Program-made: the position numbers and the translations under genes
The notes under the pieces: generated by a model
The model's input: the letters and a program-made list of their open reading frames with translations, nothing else
Told to the model about the DNA's origin: nothing
Database searches by the model: none
Assembly (NCBI GenBank): GCA_039208735.1
Contig: JBCCQY010000017.1
Span: 1 to 64,000, forward strand
DNA: 64,000 nucleotides
Direction of reading: 5' to 3'
From: Myxococcota bacterium
GTDB taxonomy: Bacteria > Myxococcota_A > UBA796 > GCA-2862545
Shown: positions 38,576 to 48,390 of the stretch, piece by piece
Layout: every line of letters starts with the position of its first letter
How positions within the stretch are numbered: the first letter of the stretch is position 1

Positions 38576-39463
38576 TCACCGATCGAACACCGTGATGCCG
38601 TAGTCGCCGACTTCTTCGTAGCCGATTTTGCGATAGGCGAGCTGAGCCGGCACGTTTCCCTCTGCTGTAAACAAGACCGACCGGGCGACGCCTTCGTAGC
38701 GCGCCTCCCGCAACGCGCCGGCCACGACGGCCCGTGCAAACCCCTGCGATCGCAGCTCCGGAGGAGTGAAGACGCCGCCGATCTGCACGCAGTTGGGGAG
38801 AACCGCATTGAATGCCGCCATGGCGAGGCCTTGCTCGTAATCGTGGAGCAAGAACACGCGCCCTTGTGCAATGCCGCGCTCGAGCCGCCGGCGGCGAGCC
38901 TCGGCCGCCTGCAACGATGGACGGAAGCCGCCAAGTTCCTGTTCGTAGGCCGTGCGCCACGCAAACAGCAGTTCCATGTCATCAAACGTGGCCCGTCGGG
39001 CCGTGATCTCATCGCGCTCCACCATCCCCGGCATCCGCAAGTCTCGAAGCCGCAGGGCAAAGAGCAACTCGCGGCTGTCGAGCCGAACGGGCCAATCGTC
39101 GCCCCCCAGTGCGGTTCTCGCCGCCACCACCTGGGCCCGTGGACCGAGAATGCCCGAAACGGGCCTTCGCGACATCTCCACGCACAGCCTCACGGCATCG
39201 GCCAACCCGGTCGGCAGCTCAAGGACAAGCCGCTCCTGGCCATCGTGGGCCATCACGCCAACCAACATCCCCGCGTCATCTTCCACGCCGACCCAGACGC
39301 TCGCCACAGGCTCGGGGGACCCTGCCAAACCATGCTCTCGCAGATTGGCCTGCAAGAACATGGTGCTGTTTGGAAAACGATGGCAAAACGCGTCGATTGC
39401 GGCTTCGTCACCACGCTCGAGAATGCGCGGCCGGACCACGGCAACCCCCTTTAAAGGAGGCAT
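38576..39463 (-). CDS. GNAT-family N-acetyltransferase
   Basis: QIGGVFTPPELRSQGFA and NVPAQLAYRKIGY motifs. The true start may be GTG 39439. Confidence 0.9.
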   Translation of the reverse strand: MPPLKGVAVVRPRILERGDEAAIDAFCHRFPNSTMFLQANLREHGLAGSPEPVASVWVGVEDDAGMLVGVMAHDGQERLVLELPTGLADAVRLCVEMSRRPVSGILGPRAQVVAARTALGGDDWPVRLDSRELLFALRLRDLRMPGMVERDEITARRATFDDMELLFAWRTAYEQELGGFRPSLQAAEARRRRLERGIAQGRVFLLHDYEQGLAMAAFNAVLPNCVQIGGVFTPPELRSQGFARAVVAGALREARYEGVARSVLFTAEGNVPAQLAYRKIGYEEVGDYGITVFDR

Positions 39464-39484
39464 AGGCCATGCTGCGCGGACCGT

Positions 39485-41170
39485 CTACATCTGGTCGTAT
39501 TCTGGACCGTTGCCACCTTCGGGGGGCATCCAGGTGATGATCTGGTAGGGGTCGCGGATGTCGCAGGTCTTGCAATGCACACAGTTTCCGAAGTCGACCT
39601 CCATCTCGAGGCGGCCGGTTTCTTCGTTAGGACGCATGTTGTAGACCTGCGCGGGGCAGAATTTCGTACAGGGGTTTCCGTACTCTTCCTTGCAGATGGT
39701 GGCACAAACTTCGGTATCCACAATCTTCAAGTGAGCGGGCTGCTGCTCTTCGTGCTGAGTCCCCGAGTGGTAGACGTCGGTAAGCTTGTCCATCAGGTAC
39801 TTGCCGTCGTACGGAATCTCCATCCGGTACCAGTCGGGCGGCGTGTAACCATTGTTGGCATGCTTGAGGTGCTCGTAATCGGGCGACATGCCCTTGGCGG
39901 GACCGGGTCCAAAAACGTATTGGAGCCCGGTCTGCACGATGCCCTCAATGAGGTGGTGCTTGAAGTTCGCGTGGAAGTTGCGTCCCGCTTCCATCTCCGT
40001 GCGCACCCAGCTCTTCTGCAGCCGGTCATGGTATAGCTTGAGAACGTCCTCGGTGGCTTCTCCGCGCTTCATGGCTTCGAACGCTGCTTCGGCCGCCAGC
40101 ATTCCCGTTTTCATGGACAGATGGATGCCCTTGATGCGAAGCGGGTTGAAGAACGATGCCGAGTCGCCGACAAGCATGGCGCCCGGCGCGTAGACCTTGG
40201 GCACCGAAGCCCAGCCCCCGATGGTCACCGCCTTCGCGCCGTACTTCACGACCTGTCCTTCGCCGAGCAGATCCTTGACGTAGGGGTGCATCTTGAGCAC
40301 CTGCAACAGATGGTGAGCGTCCATCTGGGGATCTTCAGCGTCGAGCCCCACGAGCAGGCCGATGCAAACCTTGTCGTCCTGCATCGCGTAGATGAATGAC
40401 CCCCCGAAGGTCGTTTCGTCAAGGGGGTAGCCGATGGTGTGTCGGACCCACCCTTCGGTGATCGACCCTTCGGGCATCTGCAGGATTTCCTTGACGCCGA
40501 TGTAGTACATCATCGGCTCACTGTCGGCGTCGAGGTCGTACCGCTGGATGAGCTTGCGGGTGAGGTGACCGCGCGGACCCTCGCCCAAAATGGTCACCGG
40601 ACTCTGCAAGTCCATACCAGGCTCGAAGGTGTCTTTCGGCTGGCCATCCCGACCGATGCCGCGATCTCCGGTGCGCACCCCGGCGACCTGCCCGTCTTCA
40701 TAGAGAAGGTCGTAGCCCGTAAATCCAGGGAAGACATTGACGCCCTTTTCTTCGGCGACCCCAGCCAACCACTTGCAGAACTTTCCGAGGCTGATGATCG
40801 GCTTGCCATCGGAGTGCAGCTCGGGGGGAATCCACGGGGCGGGGGCGGATCCCGTAGGCGTGAGAAGCGCCATTTCTTCACTGTCGACCCAGAACTCGAC
40901 CGGAACGTCGTCCCGCTCACGCCACCCTGGCATCAACTCATCCATGGCCTTCGGGTCCATGACCGCGCCAGAGAGTTGGTGCTGACCGACTTCGGAGCCC
41001 TTCTCCAGGACCACGATGGTCGGTTCGTCGAAGGCTTCCCCCTCGATCTCGCCGTTGGCCACCTGCTCGTTGTGGCGCTCGATGAGGTTCATCAGGTGGA
41101 TGGAGCCAACCAGGTTGGCCGGTCCTGCACCGACGAACAACGCATCGCACGGCATTTCCTCGCGTTCCAT
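39485..41170 (-). CDS. Electron transfer flavoprotein-ubiquinone oxidoreductase
   Basis: FVGAGPA, LEKGSEVG, LSGAVMDP, GEGPRG, KGIH, CTKFCPAQVY, NCVHCKTCDI and PEGGNGP motifs. Confidence 0.95.
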   Translation of the reverse strand: MEREEMPCDALFVGAGPANLVGSIHLMNLIERHNEQVANGEIEGEAFDEPTIVVLEKGSEVGQHQLSGAVMDPKAMDELMPGWRERDDVPVEFWVDSEEMALLTPTGSAPAPWIPPELHSDGKPIISLGKFCKWLAGVAEEKGVNVFPGFTGYDLLYEDGQVAGVRTGDRGIGRDGQPKDTFEPGMDLQSPVTILGEGPRGHLTRKLIQRYDLDADSEPMMYYIGVKEILQMPEGSITEGWVRHTIGYPLDETTFGGSFIYAMQDDKVCIGLLVGLDAEDPQMDAHHLLQVLKMHPYVKDLLGEGQVVKYGAKAVTIGGWASVPKVYAPGAMLVGDSASFFNPLRIKGIHLSMKTGMLAAEAAFEAMKRGEATEDVLKLYHDRLQKSWVRTEMEAGRNFHANFKHHLIEGIVQTGLQYVFGPGPAKGMSPDYEHLKHANNGYTPPDWYRMEIPYDGKYLMDKLTDVYHSGTQHEEQQPAHLKIVDTEVCATICKEEYGNPCTKFCPAQVYNMRPNEETGRLEMEVDFGNCVHCKTCDIRDPYQIITWMPPEGGNGPEYDQM

Positions 41171-41266
41171 CCATCGCTCCCAGGTCGAGACATTACTCCG
41201 GCCCGTATCGCCTGGACGAAACCTGAGAAGGACCCTGCCACGTTTTCCTGCAGATCCGCTTCTGCC

Positions 41267-42118
41267 CTAGGCTTTTTTGGACCAGTCGTAAAAACCCTGC
41301 CCCGACTTTTGCCCGAGCTTCCCCTCTTCGACCAGTTGGACGAGGAGGGCGGGAGGTTCAAAAGCAGGGTTTCCAAGCTCTTTAGCAAGGTAGCGCCCGA
41401 TGTTGAGTCGAACGTCAAGGCCGACCAAATCGGTGAGTCGCAGGGGCCCCATGGGGTGGCGGTACCCAAGCTCCATGGCCTTGTCGATGTGTTCGGCCGA
41501 GGCAACGCCCTCTTCGACCATCCGAATGGCCTCCATGCCGAGGCACACGCCAAGCCGACTCGTGGCAAAGCCGGGCCGGTCTTTGACCACGATCACCTCT
41601 TTGCCGATCGCTTCCCCAAACGCGATGACCTGCTCCTGCACTGCATCACGCGTGGACGCTCCAATCACCACCTCGAGCAGTTTCATCACATGGACAGGAT
41701 TGAAAAAGTGGGTGCCGATCACCCGACCGGGATCGTCGAGTTCCTGAGCAATGCCTGCAATGGAAAGCGAGCTGGTGTTGGTGCCGAAAATGCACGAGGC
41801 CGGAGCCACCGCCTCAACCGCCTTGAGCACCGAGACCTTCAACGGCAGTCGTTCGGGGACCGCCTCGATCACGATGGCTGCATCGGCCGCCGCCCGTTCG
41901 AGCGGACCGGTCGACAACTGCGCCAGCGCCCGGTCCCGGATCGCCGCCTCCACCTTGCCGCGATCGACGCCCTTGTCGAGATTGGCCTTCACATGAGCCA
42001 TCGCCCGTTCGAGCGCCGCGGCATCCACGTCCGTGAGCACCACCTCATGTCCGGCCATGGCGCACACCTGGGCAATGCCGTGACCCATGGTTCCCGCGCC
42101 CACCACTCCGATCTTCAT
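41267..42118 (-). CDS. 3-hydroxyacyl-CoA (3-hydroxybutyryl/adipyl-CoA) dehydrogenase
   Basis: GAGTMGHG, IEAVPE, TNTSSL, HFFNP, PGF and HPMGP motifs. Confidence 0.93.
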   Translation of the reverse strand: MKIGVVGAGTMGHGIAQVCAMAGHEVVLTDVDAAALERAMAHVKANLDKGVDRGKVEAAIRDRALAQLSTGPLERAAADAAIVIEAVPERLPLKVSVLKAVEAVAPASCIFGTNTSSLSIAGIAQELDDPGRVIGTHFFNPVHVMKLLEVVIGASTRDAVQEQVIAFGEAIGKEVIVVKDRPGFATSRLGVCLGMEAIRMVEEGVASAEHIDKAMELGYRHPMGPLRLTDLVGLDVRLNIGRYLAKELGNPAFEPPALLVQLVEEGKLGQKSGQGFYDWSKKA

Positions 42119-42140
42119 CGTGCCTCCGTAGAGGCTGAGT

Positions 42141-42497
42141 CTACGGAATGGATTCGCCTGTGTCTTGGACCGCCGCATTCGGATTGAAGGGATCCTCAGA
42201 CAGCGGAGCCCGATCTTCGTCGATCACGAACAGATCTTCGAATCCCTCGTAGCAAACGCCATCGGCGATCTCTTCGCACGACTCCCGCATCAGACACCGA
42301 CGATGATCCGCGAACAAGCTTGCAAGTTCGTCGTTCATCCACTGGTCCTGGTACAGCGTGAGCTGCCGATCGCACTGGTCGACACAGGTGGCGAGCGCAA
42401 CCCGCTCGGTTGAGAGGTCGCAATCAAACAGAGTCTTGCGGCAGACTTGATCGCAGGTGGGCGCGCAGCCGAGGGCAAACGCCAGCAGCATCAACAT
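42141..42497 (-). CDS. Small Cys-rich lipoprotein
   Basis: Lipobox FALG-C; Cys pattern CxxxC...CxxxC...Cx5Cx7C. Confidence 0.75.
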   Translation of the reverse strand: MLMLLAFALGCAPTCDQVCRKTLFDCDLSTERVALATCVDQCDRQLTLYQDQWMNDELASLFADHRRCLMRESCEEIADGVCYEGFEDLFVIDEDRAPLSEDPFNPNAAVQDTGESIP

Positions 42498-42540
42498 GGG
42501 GAGGCTCCTAACGCGGCGAGACAGGGATACGCCCTGCGCC

Positions 42541-43260
42541 ATGGACAAGACGTTGATTGTGGGAGCGAACCGTGGCATCGGTCTGGCCTTTGTGAAGGCT
42601 AGGCTCGCACGGGGTGACCGAGTCATCGGAGCGTGCAGGCAGCCTGAAATGCCGCCCCTGACTCACGAACGGCTCACTTGGGTCAGGCTGGATGTCACCG
42701 ATGAGTCGAGCGTGGCCATGGCCGCGGCGACCGTGCGGGACACGCTCGGCGATCTCGATCGGCTGATTCACACGGTCGGGGTGCTGCACGGCGCAGACTT
42801 CGGCCCCGAGAAGCGGCTCGCCCATGTGGAACCCGACGTGCTTTCCCGCGTGTTCGCCGTCAACGCGTTTGGGCCCCTGGTGGTCGCAAAGCACTTCGCG
42901 AGACTCCTGCAGCATGAACGGCGGGCCGTCTTTGCGGCCCTGTCGGCGCGGGTGGGAAGCATCACAGACAACGGGCTCGGTGGCTGGTACGCGTACCGGG
43001 CGTCCAAGGCGGCGCTCAACCAGTTCCTGAAGACGCTGTCGATCGAGTGGTCGCGAACCAGTCCGCGGGCCATCGTGGTCAGCCTGCATCCGGGAACCGT
43101 CGATACGGATCTTTCCGCTCCTTTCCAAGGCCGCGTGCCTCCCGAAAAGCTGTTTTCGACCGAACGAGCCGTTCGTCAGCTGCTGGACATCATCGAAGGC
43201 CTCACACCTGACGACACCGGCACGTTCGTGGCCTGGGACGGCACGCCCATCCCCTGGTGA
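42541..43260 (+). CDS. Short-chain dehydrogenase/reductase, CsgA (C-factor)-like subfamily
   Basis: GANRGIG, SARVGSI, YAYRASKAALN, LHPGTVDT and WDG...PW motifs. Confidence 0.9.
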   Translation: MDKTLIVGANRGIGLAFVKARLARGDRVIGACRQPEMPPLTHERLTWVRLDVTDESSVAMAAATVRDTLGDLDRLIHTVGVLHGADFGPEKRLAHVEPDVLSRVFAVNAFGPLVVAKHFARLLQHERRAVFAALSARVGSITDNGLGGWYAYRASKAALNQFLKTLSIEWSRTSPRAIVVSLHPGTVDTDLSAPFQGRVPPEKLFSTERAVRQLLDIIEGLTPDDTGTFVAWDGTPIPW

Positions 43261-44229
43261 CTAATCGGTGACCCGACGGGTCTGGGTCGGCACGATGCAG
43301 GTCACTGGCGTCTCATCGACGGGCAGCGCCTCGATGCCCGCGTCCATCTCGTAAAAGTGGACCTCGCTCGGGGTGATCATCGCGACCTTCGCGCCATTCT
43401 CACTGACCTCAAGCTGGCGATCGAAGGTCGGAATACGAGAAAACGCCAATCGATCACCGTCGGCGCCATCCAGTCGTTCAAGGCGACCGTAGCCGTCGTT
43501 CCCCTCGGTGAGCACCAGCGCTTGACCAAGCGTACCTCGTGCCGCAAGGGACACCACAGGACCTTCGACGGTGTGCGTCCAGGCGACGCTTCCGTCGACG
43601 GCCATGCGCGACACCTCAAACCCGCCCGCCGATGACACGAACAGCGCATCGGATGCGGCATCGAACGACGCCAGATCGTGGGCGTCCGAAATCTGCGTAC
43701 TTCCCTCGGCCGACACGACGAACACCTGTCCGTTTCCGGCGGCGAAAACCCGCCCGCCTTCGCGGTCGAAACTATAGGTCATGCCATCCGCGCACAGCGC
43801 GCCATCAACCGCCACCGAGGCTTGTCCCTGTCGGAACGCACAGTCCGTTTCGGTACCCGCTACGGTGACCAGCCCGCCGGTATCCGCACCCGCCATCTGC
43901 ACGTTCGGCAGGCTCATGTCTTCGGACTTGATCCACTCCGAATCTCGAATGATGTGGACCCCATCGTCGGTCGTCGCCACCGTTGTGCCCTCAAAGAGGT
44001 CCACGATGCGCTCGGCCTCGGTCGGGAGATCCGCATCGGCCACCGGGCAGCCCCAGTTCGTGTCGATCGTGCAGGTCGTGCCTGCCATTGCGGCAACCGC
44101 ATCGAGCCCGTTTGCCGTCAGGCGTAGGCCATTGACCTCGGCGTCGAGGGTCGAGGTGAAACGCAGCTCATCCGACGAAGCGCACCCGACGGCCGAAAGC
44201 GCCAGGGCAGTGATGGTCAAGGCTCGCAT
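43261..44229 (-). CDS. Lipoprotein, beta-propeller-like
   Basis: Lipobox AVG-C, GGAG RBS, beta-rich body with a DGSVAW blade-like motif. Confidence 0.72.
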   Translation of the reverse strand: MRALTITALALSAVGCASSDELRFTSTLDAEVNGLRLTANGLDAVAAMAGTTCTIDTNWGCPVADADLPTEAERIVDLFEGTTVATTDDGVHIIRDSEWIKSEDMSLPNVQMAGADTGGLVTVAGTETDCAFRQGQASVAVDGALCADGMTYSFDREGGRVFAAGNGQVFVVSAEGSTQISDAHDLASFDAASDALFVSSAGGFEVSRMAVDGSVAWTHTVEGPVVSLAARGTLGQALVLTEGNDGYGRLERLDGADGDRLAFSRIPTFDRQLEVSENGAKVAMITPSEVHFYEMDAGIEALPVDETPVTCIVPTQTRRVTD

Positions 44230-44256
44230 AGGGGCTCCAAGGGCAGGTCCACGGGG

Positions 44257-44850
44257 TTACAAGTCGAGCGACTGGCACGTTCCACGATACGCGGGTTCGT
44301 TGACGGTCAGCCACAAATCCATGGCATTGGGGCTGACCCCCCACACCCCACAATCCGAAAGATTCTCGGGCTCGGTGCGCAACCGAATGGCGTAGGTGAG
44401 GGACGGGTCGTCATCGAGGCAATGAAACTGACTCACCGAACCCGGATCCGTGGTGGTCCCATGACCCAGATCGACGGCCCACTGATCGTAATTGCCGTTG
44501 GGATCCACATCGACCAGCCGCATGGGATGCGTCTCGACTCGCCCGTCCACGTGCAGCACGTCGAACAGCACCTCAGTCGACCAACCCGTGGTGAGGAGTT
44601 CGAGCGACAGACCACCTTCATCGCACGTTTCCCAAGCGCGCCGGATCTCGACAAGTTCGGCCTCGCCGGTCTCGACGGGAGGCGAAGGCTGAGCCGTGTC
44701 GCCCACCAGCTCCGTAAAGCCACTGTCGACCGTTTCGGTAAAGGCGAACAGATCTGGGGGAAAGCGCACCGTGTTCACGCAGGCGACAAGCGCCAGGGTG
44801 ACCAACGGGAAGCCCGTCGACCCAAGCGACCAGAGGTGGCGCGCGTTCAT
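44257..44850 (-). CDS. Hypothetical lipoprotein
   Basis: LVA-C lipobox; ATGA overlap with the anti-sigma gene. Confidence 0.72.
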   Translation of the reverse strand: MNARHLWSLGSTGFPLVTLALVACVNTVRFPPDLFAFTETVDSGFTELVGDTAQPSPPVETGEAELVEIRRAWETCDEGGLSLELLTTGWSTEVLFDVLHVDGRVETHPMRLVDVDPNGNYDQWAVDLGHGTTTDPGSVSQFHCLDDDPSLTYAIRLRTEPENLSDCGVWGVSPNAMDLWLTVNEPAYRGTCQSLDL

Positions 44851-45848
44851 CGATGCTCTCCGAGGGTTTCGAGCCAACGCAATCCGAGTTCGGACAGCGG
44901 TTCCCTGAACTGGGCCGTGAATACCGCTTCCGGGTCTTCCATGCGAAGTCGACACCTGGCCGCCATGAATCGGAAAGCCGGATCCGGATCTGCGCGGAGC
45001 GCTTCGAGGTGCGGCAGGGCACGTCGGCAATCCCTGGCTCCAAGAATCGCCAGGTCGGCGGCGAATCGGTGCACTTCATCCACCCGCGCATCGAACTGCG
45101 CCACGTACGCCTCCGCATCATCAAGCGCGGCCCCGGGCGCACCGAGGGTCGAAAGGAGGCGCATCCGTCGCACCAGCAACTCACCGCGGACCGGATTGTC
45201 GGCATCCGGAGTGAATGACGCCAGTGCACGATCCAAGGTGTCCCGAACGAGTTCCGGGTCGGCTTTGGCCTCTTCGAGCGCATCCGCGCGCCCCAGCAGT
45301 CGTGCGGGCGACTGCGGCAGACACGTCAACGCTCCCGAAGGCCCGGAGAGGATCTGCTCGTCCTCACCGGTACAGGCCACCCGCACGGAGCCCTTGGCCA
45401 CCTGCGTCGTCAATCCAAGGGCATCGCGCACGACGGTGAAGTGCGTTCCGGCCACCTCGATTCGGCCTTCGTCGGCATGCACGGCCAGTTGGACCCCCGA
45501 CTCGGGGGCAACCCGCACGGTGAGTTCGCCCAGCTGCCAGTCCACGACCAAGTTCCGATCGGTGCCCGTGACCCGGCCCGACCCCGCAACCGTGAGATCG
45601 ACCTGGTCGCTCCACAACACCCGCTCCGGCACGCTCGCCGCCGCGGCGACGGGAAGGGTGCGGGGCGGCTCAGGCCACAGCAAGAGCCCGGTCAGCGCCA
45701 CCGCAGCCAAGGCCAATGCGCTGATGGTGAGGCGCTGAGTCCACCGATGCCGTCGTTCGGCACGGCTCCGCGCCAGCCGTCGAAGAATACGCCGGTTCCC
45801 CCGGGGATCGGGGTCGGGGAGGTACCGCAATGCGCGCTTGGCGTCCAT
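44847..45848 (-). CDS. FecR-domain anti-sigma factor with a C-terminal TPR-like helical region
   Basis: TM segment, then IEVAGTHFTV and VAKGSVRV FecR motifs; coupled to the sigma gene. Confidence 0.85.
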   Translation of the reverse strand: MDAKRALRYLPDPDPRGNRRILRRLARSRAERRHRWTQRLTISALALAAVALTGLLLWPEPPRTLPVAAAASVPERVLWSDQVDLTVAGSGRVTGTDRNLVVDWQLGELTVRVAPESGVQLAVHADEGRIEVAGTHFTVVRDALGLTTQVAKGSVRVACTGEDEQILSGPSGALTCLPQSPARLLGRADALEEAKADPELVRDTLDRALASFTPDADNPVRGELLVRRMRLLSTLGAPGAALDDAEAYVAQFDARVDEVHRFAADLAILGARDCRRALPHLEALRADPDPAFRFMAARCRLRMEDPEAVFTAQFREPLSELGLRWLETLGEHR

Positions 45849-46432
45849 CAGCCCGCCTCCGCCGAGCGGCCTTCGAACGAGGCCAACCACTCGTCTCCCA
45901 TCTCGTCGCGCATCGCTTCACGGAAGGCCTTCCGAGCCACCCGGAGCCGCGACTTGACGGTACCGACGGGAATGCCGATCAACTCCGACACCTCGGGCCC
46001 ACTCCGTTCTTCGAGATCGATGAGCACGAGCACCTCCCGATGAACCGGGGCCAACCCCTCGAGTGCAGCCCACACCGCCTCAGCCGTTTGAGCTGCTTCG
46101 ACCGTGCGAAGCGGCGACCACCGCCGATCCTCCTCCCGGTCGAGCGACACCCCAGGGACCCAACGCCGCACCCACGCCCGTCGCCGATGGTTGGCGATGA
46201 CCCGCCGGGTGATGCCGAACAACCACGCCGGGAACTGCCCTGTCGTACGCACCTTGCGGATGCGTCGGCACATGACGATCAGCACTTCGTGAGCAGCATC
46301 CTCAGCGTCCACCCGCGGCCCGCCCAATCGGTGGCACCAGACATAGACCTGCGACAGCCACGCCTCGGCCACGGCATCGATGGCATCTTCGTCTCCCGCG
46401 ATGGCCGCGCTCAGTTCGGCGTCGTTCATCAT
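45848..46432 (-). CDS. ECF RNA polymerase sigma factor
   Basis: DAEDAAHEV and FPAWLFGITRR (region 2); EVSELIGIPVGTVKSRL (region 4). Confidence 0.95.
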   Translation of the reverse strand: MMNDAELSAAIAGDEDAIDAVAEAWLSQVYVWCHRLGGPRVDAEDAAHEVLIVMCRRIRKVRTTGQFPAWLFGITRRVIANHRRRAWVRRWVPGVSLDREEDRRWSPLRTVEAAQTAEAVWAALEGLAPVHREVLVLIDLEERSGPEVSELIGIPVGTVKSRLRVARKAFREAMRDEMGDEWLASFEGRSAEAG

Positions 46433-47040
46433 CGCGTCTCCTGATCGCCACGGGCCCGACGGCCATGGCCCAAATGGAAGCGTTGTCCAAGCTGCACCTG
46501 AATCGGCGACAGATCTCGAAGTTCTTGAGTTTCAAACACTAGACGCGTGAGCGCCAAGTCCACCATGACACGCACATCGGTGGTCCAAGACCACTTGCGG
46601 TGATGCAAAACTGGGACCGAGGCTCGCGCGCCGACGACCGGCACGATGAACCGTGCCTGGGTGAGACCCTGCTGACGAAACACCCGGTGCGAAACCGCCG
46701 CGGTGGGTCCCAGTTCGAATCCCTTCGAAATGGTGGTCAGCAGGTCCAGTCCAAGGTCCCAATGGTTCATGTTCCGCTGGGGCCCTGGCACGGCCACGCC
46801 TTGACTCGCGGTGCTCACGTTGGCGTCGAGCTTGAAGCGGTCGTTCGACCACAGGAGCAGGCCAAACTCGACCAGCGGACCCACGTTGAGGTCCGAACGA
46901 AGCACGGCCCGAAGACCCAGTCGAAAGGGCGGCAGGACGTACCTGCGTTCGACCTCGATGACCCGGACCGAAGGCTTTGGGGCGGGCGGCTCCGAATCTT
47001 GTGCCCCCGCAAGGGCAATACAAGCCCACCCCACCATCAT
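46429..47040 (-). CDS. Hypothetical exported beta-strand protein
   Basis: Signal peptide and amphipathic strands; similar to the C-terminus of the upstream gene. Confidence 0.72.
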   Translation of the reverse strand: MMVGWACIALAGAQDSEPPAPKPSVRVIEVERRYVLPPFRLGLRAVLRSDLNVGPLVEFGLLLWSNDRFKLDANVSTASQGVAVPGPQRNMNHWDLGLDLLTTISKGFELGPTAAVSHRVFRQQGLTQARFIVPVVGARASVPVLHHRKWSWTTDVRVMVDLALTRLVFETQELRDLSPIQVQLGQRFHLGHGRRARGDQETR

Positions 47041-48152
47041 GGCCGCCGATTGGCGTGGAGCTTGCGATAGTTCGAAAGCAGCTCCAACGCGCCGTGGTAG
47101 CGCAAAATGAGGGCCGGCTGGATCTCGAAGCGGTTGAGTTCAGAGGTGCGGCCGTCGGGCAACACCAAGTCGGTCCGCGCAAGGTCCATCTTGCCCTGGA
47201 CGTGAGCGACCACCGCGAGCTTTCGACCCGACACCAGCGGGACGTCGAGCCGCAACTGCGCAGTGGGAACCAGGTGCTGATCAACCAGGAAACCCTGCTG
47301 GCGGTACATTCGGTAGCTCGTACCGATTCCTGCGCCGACGGATGCCGCACCGACCAGCGCCACCGTCGCCGAGCCTTCAACGTCGAATTGGCCCATGAGA
47401 CGCGGCACATCGAACTCGAGGTTCCGAGCAGGAACGCCGCCAATCTCGATATTGAGCCGCAGCCGTCCTCGGCGCACGAGTTCGGTCCCGGCCATGATCT
47501 GCGCCGAGCCCACAAGCCCCGAGCGCACCGATCCTCCCACCCGCAGCCACAGGGGTGGTGCCGACAGCACCTTCTGGCCCTCGCGCCGCCATCGGGGCAG
47601 ATCGGTCACATAGACCTCTCCATCGCCCTCAGGGACCACGATAGGAGCAGGATCGTCGGTGCCCTCATTCTGCACGCCCGACGGAAGAATGACCCGAGCC
47701 GCTGTGCCTTCGAGCCGGCCGGGTCGGGTGGTCATGCCCTTGGTCGGTGGCGTTTCCGGAGCCTCCGCTGCTCCCTGAGTCTTCGCGGGGATTCCCTTGG
47801 GCGGGGGCAAAGGATGGGCGGGTGGCCGCGGGGCATTCCGCAGGACCTCGCGCAAGAGACCGCGAGCCAAGAAGGCCACCGCTTCGCGATCCGTAGCGGT
47901 ACGGGGCGCATCGACAACCACGCGTCGTTCTTGACCGTCCTCGGCCACCGCCACGATGCGCCACACCCCGCCAGTGGTCTCGAGCCGAAGCGGTGCTTCG
48001 CCAAGCCGCGGCGCCAAGCCCGCGAGCTTTAGTGCCGCCGTCCACGCATCGGCGTCCTCGGTCTTGGGCAACTGGATGCCCGGCTCGGCCGCAGCCGAGG
48101 TTGGAACACACCACGCCACCAAGACGCACAGCGCGCAGAGCCAACGTTGCAT
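47037..48152 (-). CDS. Hypothetical exported protein: N-terminal domain, Pro-rich linker, beta-strand C-terminal domain
   Basis: Signal peptide ending AAA-E and GGAGG RBS; first gene of the ECF operon. Confidence 0.75.
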   Translation of the reverse strand: MQRWLCALCVLVAWCVPTSAAAEPGIQLPKTEDADAWTAALKLAGLAPRLGEAPLRLETTGGVWRIVAVAEDGQERRVVVDAPRTATDREAVAFLARGLLREVLRNAPRPPAHPLPPPKGIPAKTQGAAEAPETPPTKGMTTRPGRLEGTAARVILPSGVQNEGTDDPAPIVVPEGDGEVYVTDLPRWRREGQKVLSAPPLWLRVGGSVRSGLVGSAQIMAGTELVRRGRLRLNIEIGGVPARNLEFDVPRLMGQFDVEGSATVALVGAASVGAGIGTSYRMYRQQGFLVDQHLVPTAQLRLDVPLVSGRKLAVVAHVQGKMDLARTDLVLPDGRTSELNRFEIQPALILRYHGALELLSNYRKLHANRRP

Positions 48153-48390
48153 GCCCGTCCTCCCTTGGTGACGCCATCCGAACCCCGAACGACATCCCAC
48201 TATGTCCAACGGACCCCGAACCGATCGCACACCGCTACAAAAAAATCACCGCGGACCTCTAAGCCGTCATCCGCGGCGTCCCGTCGTGAGTTTTTCAGCG
48301 CCGACGCGTCGGACGAGCCCTCAATCTGCTGAAGAGCCTATCCTTGGCGCCTCGATCGAAACGATCGTTCACCAACCATCAGTCTGGAGC

